20,000 bases of DNA from Toensbergia leucococca (lineage: Eukaryota), in assembly GCA_022813965.1 (NCBI GenBank), contig JALDZS010000115.1, positions 55,033 to 75,032 on the forward strand. The letters are read 5' to 3'. The notes beneath the pieces were generated by a model that made no database searches, was not told the origin of the DNA, and was given only the letters and a program-made list of their open reading frames with translations. Below are positions 11,102-20,000 of this stretch, piece by piece; the first letter of the stretch is position 1; every line of letters starts with the position of its first letter. The translations under genes were made by a program, and so were the position numbers.

Positions 11102-11809
11102 CGCTGCGGATAAAAGGACGGGTACCTGACTCGGGGTAAACGTGAAACCGTTGATACTCGACAAATGCGAGATGTCGAGTAATACGTTTCTAGTCTTGGC
11201 CTAGACTGATTATGTAGATGCAAAGGAATGACGTGGTTGAAGGGAAAAAGAGGAAATCCAAAGTGAAATGAGTGTAGAGGAGAAGGGGCAGGGTCAACAA
11301 ACAAACACAGCCAAAAGAGTGAAGCTGGTTTGTTGATGGCCCCTTGAATATCTCCCAGGTCGGTCGTAAAGAGTGACTGTGAAAAGAGTGCTGTCAAAAA
11401 TCAGTGAACAAGTGAAATGAAGTCAAAGAGGAGTGGGGGAGAGTGAAGGCCTTCGGATGTGGGCCGTCGCCTTCAGGGGCACAGAGTGGAGCTTCGAACC
11501 AGCAAGTTCCTTGCCACATGGACACGTCCCATCCTCACATACATATACCCCACAACATATAACAATTCCGAGCAAGTTATTCAAAATGAACGACCACTCC
11601 TTTGTAGACACATTGCATTTTCCTAGCTGTTGCAAGATCAACGGCTGCAGCAGAGCTCCTGTTGGTGCTTGTCAGAGGCCCTCATCGCCTTTTCAAATTG
11701 ACATGAAGTCATATTTAGTGATCAATAGATATTTGGGTATATTGAGTATCGGATCATCCAGAGCACTACATAGAATACCAAGTACCAGATTTATCACTTC
11801 CTCAAATCA

Positions 11810-12723
11810 TCAAACTTCCTCATCGGGATCGTACAGATCTAGACTATCAAAAATCTTCGGCTTCTGCACAACCCTTTCCCTCTCCTTTGGTACGTCAGGG
11901 ATATACTCATTCGCTCTGTTTCCATCTAGGTCTCCGTTGCTCAACCTGCCGCCATCGCTCATATCCATCTTTGCATCTTCCATCTCTTCAATCTTCCTCT
12001 CCTTCTGAGCGATGCTAGCCGGGTCGACTCCCTGATCTTGCATAACTTGAATCTGCGCCAATGCTCCCCTTTTAATCACCTCCTCGCTTGGCCACGGGAC
12101 GAATGGGATCTGATTCAAGGGATCAAGCCACTGGACTTCATTTTGGTTGAGTGAGGACACACCGATACCGGGGCCTTGGTCTTGGTCAGGCGGAGCTGCT
12201 GTGGAGCTAGGCTCATTGGGCACTTCAGACGCACCATTAACAGCAGTACTGTTCTCGATAGCTTGACCGGCTGTCACAGGTGGTCGTATTGGGGGACGAA
12301 GTGTTGGTGGGACAGTGAATTTGCTAATGCGTTTTGCAAAGTCCAGAAGTTCGTGATATGGTACATCCCGTTTTTCCTCAGGTAAATTGGTTGCTGACGT
12401 AGCAAGTAGTTCTTTGCGGATGTTCGCGAGGAGGGTCAAGGACGAAGTAATGCGTTCATCCAAGGACTCAGCTGTATGACGAAGTTGGAGGATGTAGGCA
12501 TGATTCGCTTGATGGACTGCTACTAGACTGTTGTTAGTCTAGAAACATGCACGTAAAGGAGCAAGGAAGACATACGTTGATCAAGGCCTTTGGAAAGGTC
12601 ATCGTCGGCTGAAAGAACGTCGACGGCAGCGGAGACCGAGGGGTTATAGGACGTTATTGACTCAACGAGGACGTTGACGGCAGTCTCAACACGGTCCAAT
12701 TGAACTTGAATGATGGCGTTCAT
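11810..12723 (-). CDS. MED4: Mediator of RNA polymerase II transcription subunit 4, about 286 aa, 2 exons
   Basis: Exons 12723-12576 and 12522-11810 (intron GTATGT..CTAAC..TAG, 53 nt). Motifs LVESITSYNPS, HQANH, VPYHELLDFAKRISKFT, FVPWPSEEVIKRGAL and C-terminal FDSLDLYDPDEE are typical of fungal Med4. Confidence 0.9.
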
Positions 12724-12771
12724 CGCTTTATAAGAGGCTAAATGGTCGCTTTATAAGAGGCTAAATGGTCG
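12723..12771. repeat. Perfect 23-bp tandem duplication abutting the MED4 start codon
   Basis: tcgctttataagaggctaaatgg at 12723-12745 and 12746-12768, followed by tcg. Confidence 0.9.
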
Positions 12772-13486
12772 GGCAAGTTACGAGCAAAAAGCTGCGATTA
12801 AGATCTTTCTGCATGATAAATTTGAAGCTCCCTCGCGCATAGGTACGCGACTTGGCTGCAGGAATGCTAGGAGTACATTGACGATAGCGATAAGAGATAG
12901 AATTCGGACCAGGCCCCAGGACGTGGATTACTTATAGATACGGGGGAAGTATACAACGTCCCTCGATATCTTTATTAGATCAAAGAGTCGTATAAAGGAA
13001 GAAATGGTAACAGAGCTCTTAAGCCATTTCTGGAATATGTTGGCGTTCGGTAGGTAGGCGGTGACGCAGGAGGCAGGGTCTGAGTTGGTGGGTAAGGTAA
13101 GGTACCTTATTCTCAAGGTAGGTACTCCGTAGGCTCGGTGGCTCGGTAAGTACGAGGGTCGAGAAGTGTGTAGGGCTGAGATGGCACTGATGCAAGCGCC
13201 TTGGTGAATGGAGTAGTCGTCGACCACCCTCTGCTTCAACGGCCCACAGTCAACATGAGCTTTCCTTACCTTACTTGTCCCTTGTAACTACTTTAACCTA
13301 TTCTGCAGATTGTTAGCATTCGCCAGAGACGACCTCATCTATCCTGTCTTCAGCTCGCCGCGTACCTAGCTACCTATTTCCACCCCGCTAAATACCCCTC
13401 GGTATTGTACAAAAGGCCATTTTCATAACAGCGTTGTTGCCACGCTTTGTTCAGTCATAGTCTTTCAAGCCTCGCGACTTTGAGTT

Positions 13487-14769
13487 ATGGGGAATAGGTT
13501 AGTGGCATCAATTTCCTTCGTCAGTCCGTTGCAGCCTGCTTTCTACAAATGCGATCGTATCACAGCAACACAAGTACTGAGGCCATCAAAAACATGACCA
13601 CACCACGAACCACTCTGCTAAGTCACTCGAGAAGACTTCTCGGAGGGTGTCAAGAACCTCCTGGGCAAGACATTAAACCTCGGGAAGCTTGCGTACTGGA
13701 AGACAGGACAGTTTTTAATGAGTTGGCAACCCGTACCGGTGGATTGGTCTTCTGCACGACAAGGAACGCTTTCGATGAACTCATACTGGTACAACGAGTG
13801 CAGCTCATAGATCGATTCGATGGATAGCTTTTGAAGTTGCGAGGGGTATGACCGGCTCGAGCCTTTGGAAGCCGGCGTTTAATACAATCCTACTATCTCA
13901 CCTCGGTCGAGGGAGCTGCTTGACAGAATTGGGTTTGCAAAGCTTATCGCGGGAATGGAAACGGCCATACTACAACGTCTCGCATCTTTCCCCTGGTCCC
14001 CGAAACTGCTTTTCACAAAGAGTCTCAGTAAATCTTATTGAGCAAGAACTAATATCCTTGGTCAGACAGTCAAGACTCTCGCAAGAAGAGTTGACTCAAC
14101 TGCAAAAAGACACTCACTTCGATAAGAAAGAGCTCCAGCAATGGTATAAAGGTGAATTTGATGATATGGCAACTTAAGAAGCGCTTATTACTAAAAGTAA
14201 TTCGCATAAAACCACAGGATTCCTGAAGGATTGCCCATCTGGTATGCTCACCAAAGAAGAATTCCAGAAAATATACAAGCAATTCTTTCCTTTCGGCGAT
14301 CCCACCTCGTTTGCAGATTATGTTTTCAATGTTTTCGATTCAGACAAATCTGGCTCGATTGATTTCAAGGAGTTCATCTGCGCACTGAGCGTCACTTCAA
14401 GAGGGAAGATGGAGGACAAGCTGGATTGGGCATTCCAGCTGTATGATATCGATGGTGATGGAAAGATTAGTTATGAAGAGATGTTGCAAATCGTGGAAGC
14501 AATATATAAGATGGTGAGCGCAAGGGTCTCTAATATTTATTCTTGTGGTATATCATTCCAGGAGACTGATAGACAACAATCTCGCTCAGGTCGGCTCAAT
14601 GGTCAAGCTCCCACCTGACGAAGATACGCCAGAGAAGCGTGTCAAGAAAATCTTTCGCATGATGGACAAGGATGAGAACGGTTCTCTGGATATGGCGGAG
14701 TTCAAAGAGGGTAGCAAGCGTGATGAAACGATTGTGTCTGCCCTCTCACTGTATGATGGTCTCGTTTGA
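13487..14769 (+). CDS. NCS1: Neuronal calcium sensor 1 / frequenin (N-myristoylated EF-hand protein), 190 aa, 4 exons
   Basis: Exons 13487-13497, 14066-14151, 14218-14513, 14590-14769 give [41 protein letters not shown]...LSLYDGLV. This is 190 aa, the canonical family length. MGxxxS myristoylation motif; EF loops [24 protein letters not shown] and [12 protein letters not shown]. Confidence 0.95.
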
Positions 14770-15449
14770 GCAGAGTACTTGGCATCATTGCGGGTTTCGA
14801 GGTTTTCAGATCCTATGGTTTTTCTGTCCAAAGGAGCGTCGGGCGTCGTGAAGGTTACCCTTTAAAGGTTAGGTTTGGGTAGCTGAGCATGGAATTATTT
14901 TGGAGATTCCTCGATGAGGAGAACAGACTTACGTTTCTGCGTTGTAAACAATTGAGAGGGACGTATCCGAGACGATAGCTTTATTGAGACGTCGTTTCCG
15001 CAAAACTCAGTAACCCAAGAGCTCTAGTGATTGAAAGCGTGTTCGTCATCCAAACGTCGGATCTGAAAATCTTCATTATGCGTGATACGGTAATTCAAGC
15101 CCTTGTGGCGCACACAATCAGCTTGACAAACCTTACGCCGCAATGCGGCATCGGGCGAAGTACCACTAGCTTGGTAGGTAGAATAGCAACGGGCTAAGGT
15201 CAGGTAGCTCGGTATTCTAAGTAAGAGCGCCAGGTGTCAGAAAGTTACGGATAGACCAGGTTGTTCGATATCAATACCTCAGTCTCGTGCTTCGCTGCAT
15301 ATTCACACACCTTCTCTCTCTTTACAGTAAACTACACCAAGGCAAGGACTTCTTTCACTACAACCCTCGCGCATTGCACCTGGTGCTGTAAATTCTTATA
15401 TGAATCTCAGAGCTCAAGGAGCACTGCAGTCAGGCTATTTTTGGACAAT

Positions 15450-15502
15450 GTATGCCATGATTCTTGTACCAATGTTCTGACTCTGACGCTTTACCTCTGC
15501 AG
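15450..15502 (+). other. Probable 5'-UTR intron of the EMP70-like gene
   Basis: GTATGC donor at 15450, CTGAC branch site at 15483-15487 and TGCAG acceptor ending at 15502. It is 53 nt, like other introns here, and ends 20 nt before the ATG. An in-frame TAA lies between acceptor and ATG, so the upstream exon is non-coding. Confidence 0.6.
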
Positions 15503-15522
15503 CTACTTAAAATATCTCCATC

Positions 15523-17619
15523 ATGCGCCTACGGAAGCAATACCTTTCGAGCTTAATTTTATCTTCCGCCCTACTGTTTTTGCCCAGTCCGTCATCTGCA
15601 TTCTACCTTCCTGGCGTGACACCAACCTCATATCAAACAAATGCGAAGGTACCTCTAAATGTTAATCACTTGACACCCTCCAATTCCGAAGCCGACACAC
15701 AACTACACTCTGTTTTCTCATTCGACTATTACCATCGAGCGTTCCACTTCTGCCGACCAGATGGTGAACCACAATCGGTATCAGAGTCACTTGGGAGCAT
15801 ACTATTTGGTGATCGGATTTTGACGTCTCCTTTCGAGTTGCGCATGTTACAGAATGAGACATGCAAGGCCCTGTGCAAGGAACAAAACTTCGATCCACGC
15901 AGTGCTAAATTCGTGAACCGAAGAATATGGCAAAATTACAACATCAATTGGTTGATAGATGGCTTGCCAGCTGGGCAAGCGTATATTGACCCATCCACTC
16001 AGTCGAATTATACCATCCGCGGATTTCCATTGGGAGATGTGCGGGAGCAACAGGCAAGGCTAAATAATCATTTCGATATCATAGTTGATTATCATCCGAC
16101 TGGAAGTGGAGAGAATTCCAGAGTTGTTGGTGTGCTGGTAGTCCCGAGTTCGAGGCGGGATTCCAAGAACGTTGGCGATGGCAGCGCTGACTGTGGTGAT
16201 GCGAGTGGGAATTCACCTTTAGTACTGAATGAAGATGGAGATACAACAGCCACGTGGACATACAGTGTGCAATGGAGGCGATCATCAACTGCCTGGGCCA
16301 CGCGCTGGGATCCATATCTTCATGTCTTCGACCCAAAGATACATTGGTTTTCTCTAGTCAATTCGGCAATTATTGTGGTTTTCCTTGTGGGAATGGTGTC
16401 AGCAATCCTGATGCGGGCGCTGAAAAAAGACATTGCAAGATACAATAGATTTGATTCTTTTAATCTAGATGACCTTTCTGGTACCTCAGCGGCAGTCGAA
16501 GATGGCGTGCAAGAGGATTCGGGGTGGAAGCTGGTACACGGGGACGTTTTCCGAACGCCCAAGTACCCGCTCCTACTCAGCATCTTCTTAGGGAGTGGCT
16601 CTCAACTCTTTGTCATGACAGGCACCACCATCGTATTTGCCCTCCTTGGGTTCCTATCTCCTTCCAATCGGGGCTCCATTGGCACAATTATGATCTTTCT
16701 GTACACCATTTTCGGTTTCATTGGCGGCTACGTCTCCTCGCGTGTTTACAAAAGTTTTGGAGGCGAATCTTGGAAGAAGGATATCGTTCTCACTCCCGTC
16801 CTGGTCCCTGGTATCGTCTTCGCAACATTCTTTCTCCTCAACCTCTTCCTGTGGGCTAAGCAATCGAGTGGTGCTGTACCATTTACCACCATGCTAGTAA
16901 TCTTGGCAATTTGGTTCATCATCAGTGTTCCTCTCAGTTTTGCTGGCAGCTGGGTTGGCTTTAAGCAAGTGGTAGGTTCTTCATTCCTCGAGGGAGACTA
17001 ATTGCTTGACAAATGGGATCTCGAAATTCAATTTCTACGCTTACTTCCTTCAGCCCGTTCAACCTCCAGTCCGCACCAATCAGATCCCTCGCCAAATTCC
17101 TCCAGGAACGACTTATCTTCGCCCTCTGCCGTCCATGGTCCTAATTGGCATCCTACCATTTGGTGCCATCTTTGTCGAGCTCTACTTTATTATGAACAAC
17201 ATCTGGTTCGGCAAATTTTACTACATGTTTGGCTTTCTATTCCTTTGTTACGGAATCATGATCATCACCTGTGCTGCCGTCACCATCTTGCTGGTGTACT
17301 TCCTGCTTTGCAGTGAGAATTATCACTGGCAATGGAGAGCGTTTGGCACATCTGGAGCCTCCGCTGGCTACGTATTTGCCAACGCGCTGCTTTATTGGAT
17401 GAGTAAGTTGAGCCTAGGGAGTTTCACATCCGGGGTTTTGTACGTGGGGTATAGCGCTTTGATCAGCTTTCTTTTCTTCATATTGACTGGTGAGTTCTGC
17501 AAATTTTGCTAAATTCGACCTCTAGAAGCTTGATGCTGACTCGACATGCAGGCACCATTGGCTTCTTTTCAGCCTGGGGATTCGTGCACAAGATCTACGG
17601 GTCTATCAAAATTGATTAG
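15523..17619 (+). CDS. EMP70: Transmembrane 9 superfamily (nonaspanin, Emp70/Tmn1-2 type) protein, about 650 aa, 3 coding exons
   Basis: Exons 15523-16971, 17054-17489, 17552-17619. Signal peptide followed by FYLPG, ESLGSILFGDRI, IHWFSLVNS, EDSGWKLVHGDVFR, PVRTNQIPRQIP and ENYHWQWRAF. C-terminal IYGSIKID contains the KxD/E Golgi-retention motif. Confidence 0.93.
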
Positions 17620-17899
17620 GGAAGTAGTCATTCTTCTCATACTGTAAAACATTTTCAAGCAGAATTATGGAACGGGTGAATTCTAGACGTCTTTATTTGA
17701 TCAGATAAGAGTATACTTGTTCGCTAAGAAGCACGCACTTTGGGAAGGATATCTGCAAGCGTGTGTCGGAAATGGTTCCTCGGTGATGGCACAATAACAA
17801 AGAGCACAGTTCCACAAGACCAAAAACCCTATATCGCCTCTGTTCTCCAAGGCGAATAACCTGCTCGAGGCAAAAGCATAATCCTCTGCTGTCGACCTT

Positions 17900-18365
17900 T
17901 TATGACTGTTTCGCACCACCATCCTCCTGCATCCCCTCACAACCCGTAACGTTCCCCAGCTTCTGCTCCACCATTCCCACCGTTGCATTTCCCGTCGTCC
18001 CGCCCTGACCATCGCTCTCCTTTTTGGCTGCCCGCATTTCCTCTACAGCGGTACTCTTGTCATCTTGGCCGCTCGTCTGCCAAGCTGGGCTGGACGTCAT
18101 GTTGCCAATTGTCTCCTAGGAGCTCAGGTCAGTTTATGCGGTTGCATGCTCGGATTTGGCGGAGGCCGTCAGAAATTTGGACGAGGGTTGAACATGTTAG
18201 AAAACGCTATGATAGGAAGAAAAGAAACGAATATTAGAGAGAGCGAGTATGACATATCTCAAATACAATATTGAGTAATACCTTTGCAGCGGCGGCGACA
18301 TAGGCAGCATGGCCATGAAGCATGGATGCTGGGTTGTTCTCCTCGTTGGAATCGGTTTCAGACAT
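17900..18365 (-). CDS. Small conserved fungal protein, CsbD-like putative stress/desiccation protein, 99 aa, 2 exons
   Basis: Exon 1 18365-18282 (MSETDSNEENNPASMLHGHAAYVAAAAK) and exon 2 18115-17900 (ETIGNMTSSPAWQTSG...VEQKLGNVTGCEGMQEDGGAKQS) join in frame through a 166-nt intron (GTATTA..ACTGAC..CCTAG). The GHAxY, ETIGN..W..SG and GCEGM pattern recalls a small ascomycete family usually annotated CsbD-like. Confidence 0.72.
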
Positions 18366-18469
18366 TTTAGAAATGTGATAGTTGAAGGCTTTGGATTTTA
18401 TGAAGACAATTTCCAAAAGTTCGTACTGATCAATAGGAAGTAACGAAGTGAATGACGTACAGACTCAGA

Positions 18470-18514
18470 CTTAGGGCTTTAGGCAGCGCTAGATGATTAA
18501 TCGCGAAAAATTTC
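18470..18514 (+). promoter_or_regulatory. Putative ribosome-biogenesis promoter elements upstream of LCP5 (TTAGGG/TTAGG pair and RRPE-like GAAAAATTT)
   Basis: cttagggctttagg at 18470-18483 and cgcgaaaaatttc at 18502-18514, about 95-135 bp upstream of the likely ATG of an SSU-processome gene. Motif match only. Confidence 0.45.
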
Positions 18515-18606
18515 CATTTTTGATCTCAAACCACCTAAGAGACCAGCTCCTTGACAACAAACATGTATTCTGCACATTTACATATGGTCAAGAAGTAACA
18601 CTGGCA

Positions 18607-19593
18607 ATGGATGTTCTAGCTCTCTTATCCTCGCTGACGGAATCACTTCTCTCCGCATCGACGTCGCTACCAACTACCGAAAACCTCACACCCCCACCAG
18701 AAGGCATCTCACTCCTCGACGCCAAAAACGAGCTCCTCCTCTCCTATCTTCAAAATCTCGTCTTCCTCATCCTTCTCAAGCTTCGCAATCCCAGCCCTTC
18801 TATTGAACCCTCTCACGAAAATGTCGCTAAGAAACTTATTGAACTCCGCGTCTACCTCGAAAAAGGAGTCCGCCCCCTCGAGACCCGCCTCAAATACCAA
18901 ATTGATAAAGTCCTTCTTGCTGCCTCTTCGGATCCTGCATCGCATACCCCTCAACCTCCATCCCACCAAACGAGTACAGGCCCTCAACCTAAGAAAAGCG
19001 GACGCGACAGCGATGACGAGCCCTCCACCCCATCCGATCACCTTCCCGGAATCCCCGACCTCGCTCACCGCCCCAATCCCTCTGCCCTCGTCCCTCCCTC
19101 TCACCAATCTCTCCCGCGCTTCTCTTCCAAAAAAGATGGCATCTACCATCCCCCTCACATCACACCAACTACACTGCCCACCTCTCGCCCTTCCCAGAAA
19201 GTAGGCCGTAAATCGGCAACTATGGAAGAATTCATCAGCACTGAGATGGGGGATGCGCCTGTTGCAGAACCGAGTATCGGGAGTAGGATCGTGGGTGGTG
19301 GAAGGAGAGGGGATAAGAGTGCGAGGGATAGGGAGAGAGACGAGGAGAGGAGTCGTTATGAGGAGGAGAAGATGGTGAGGTTACCGGGTGAGAAAAAGAA
19401 GAAGAGGGGGAGGGGAGATGGGCTTGGTGGAGATGAGTTGGGAGGTGGGGGCTGGGAGGGTTGGGAGGGGTTGAGTAGCGGATTAGGGGTGAAGAGGAAG
19501 AGAGGCGGAGATGGGGAGGGTCAAGGGGAGGTCATCGGGGATAAGTTTCAGAGAAGAAAAATGAAGAGTGGTGGGAAGAAGAAGAGAAGGTAG
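18607..19593 (+). CDS. LCP5: Lcp5/neuroguidin, Sas10/Utp3/C1D-family SSU processome (U3 snoRNP) protein, about 328 aa, intronless
   Basis: GISLLDAKNELLLSYLQNLVFL, LIELRVYLEKGVRPLETRLKYQIDK, LAHRPNP, DGIYHPP, RYEEEKMVRL and a basic C-terminal tail. Start placed at ATG 18607 (GCAATGG). The in-frame ATG at 18493 would add a non-homologous-looking stretch overlapping promoter-like motifs. Confidence 0.88.
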   Translation: MDVLALLSSLTESLLSASTSLPTTENLTPPPEGISLLDAKNELLLSYLQNLVFLILLKLRNPSPSIEPSHENVAKKLIELRVYLEKGVRPLETRLKYQIDKVLLAASSDPASHTPQPPSHQTSTGPQPKKSGRDSDDEPSTPSDHLPGIPDLAHRPNPSALVPPSHQSLPRFSSKKDGIYHPPHITPTTLPTSRPSQKVGRKSATMEEFISTEMGDAPVAEPSIGSRIVGGGRRGDKSARDRERDEERSRYEEEKMVRLPGEKKKKRGRGDGLGGDELGGGGWEGWEGLSSGLGVKRKRGGDGEGQGEVIGDKFQRRKMKSGGKKKRR

Positions 19594-19967
19594 TGGGGAG
19601 CTAACCCAGAGGCGGCATTTGTAGGTCCAGATTGTTGGTAATCTCGAATCCACGCGAACATGGATAACGTAGGAATAAATGTCAAGATTGCTGAGGCTTG
19701 CAAGGAAGTATTTCACCTTCAAGTCAATGATTTCTATTCCGCTCAGCGCCACTAGCATACTAGCCAACGCGACGATGGAATACTACGATGAAATAGTCAT
19801 TGTATGCTGAATGTTGGGTTTTGAGACATCAAATTACAGAGACATGCACCTTCCAGTAGTCACTTTTGAGCGCTGTGGATTTTTAGATCGTGTAATCGTG
19901 CCAAGGTATGGTCATTTCGTCATTTCATCCGAATCCTCCCCACGAAAGGTTCCACCTTTAGTGCCCA

Positions 19968-20000
19968 TCAGCTCAACGTCGCATTCAGCTCAACGTCGCA
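19968..20000. repeat. 17-bp-period tandem repeat truncated by the window end
   Basis: tcagctcaacgtcgca at 19968-19983 and 19985-20000, separated by one t. Confidence 0.75.

Noticed and set aside
11102..11164. TTG-initiated N-terminal extension of the Rab-GAP
   Set aside because: Non-AUG start from the ORF caller; the ATG at 11101 has good context and nothing supports the extension.
11433..12008. 191-aa ORF on +
   Set aside because: GTG start, antisense to the MED4 3' end, no recognisable domain.
13497..14065. Possible [D1,2] stwintron in NCS1 intron 1 (G|GTTAGT...CAG|TAAAT at about 14028)
   Set aside because: The external intron would be only about 38 nt and the frame would break; a single intron gives the canonical 190-aa protein.
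18116..18281. Possible stwintron in the small-gene intron (GTA...TAG|CGT rebuilding GTACGT)
   Set aside because: The internal intron would have to start TT rather than GT, and excising GTATTA..TAG leaves AAG|CGT with no new donor.
18493..18606. 38-aa N-terminal extension of Lcp5 from ATG 18493
   Set aside because: Overlaps promoter-like motifs and does not resemble the family N-terminus; probably upstream of the TSS (not proven).
1..20000. Functional gene cluster, transposon, tRNA, CRISPR or C/D snoRNA
   Set aside because: The genes have unrelated housekeeping roles. I saw no transposase/RT motifs, TIR/LTR pairs, cloverleafs, spacer arrays or convincing C/D box pairs by eye.

Overview
Gene-dense eukaryotic DNA from a filamentous ascomycete (Pezizomycotina-type GT..CTRAY..YAG introns of about 50-80 nt). 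Contents: a solitary dispersed 5S rRNA gene (-, 473-591) in a low-complexity A/C-rich flank; TOP2 (-, 6 exons, about 1726 aa); a TBC-domain Rab-GAP of the Gyp5/EVI5 type (-, 3 exons, about 985 aa); MED4 (-, 2 exons); frequenin/NCS-1 (+, 4 exons, 190 aa, with an 11-nt first coding exon and a 568-nt first intron); an EMP70/TM9SF nonaspanin (+, 3 coding exons); a 99-aa CsbD-like small protein that the ORF track misses as a unit (-); and LCP5/neuroguidin (+). This is core housekeeping territory. I found no transposase, no biosynthetic cluster and no clearly novel multi-gene system. The best second-look items are the divergent but structurally compensated 5S gene, the long NCS1 intron, unusual splice signals (NAGNAG, NAGNAGNAG, weak donors), an 81-bp duplication in the Top2 tail, a compact head-to-head promoter between a probable stress gene and a ribosome-biogenesis gene, and a C-to-G compositional switch along genes. 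All family assignments come from motif recognition, not database searches.
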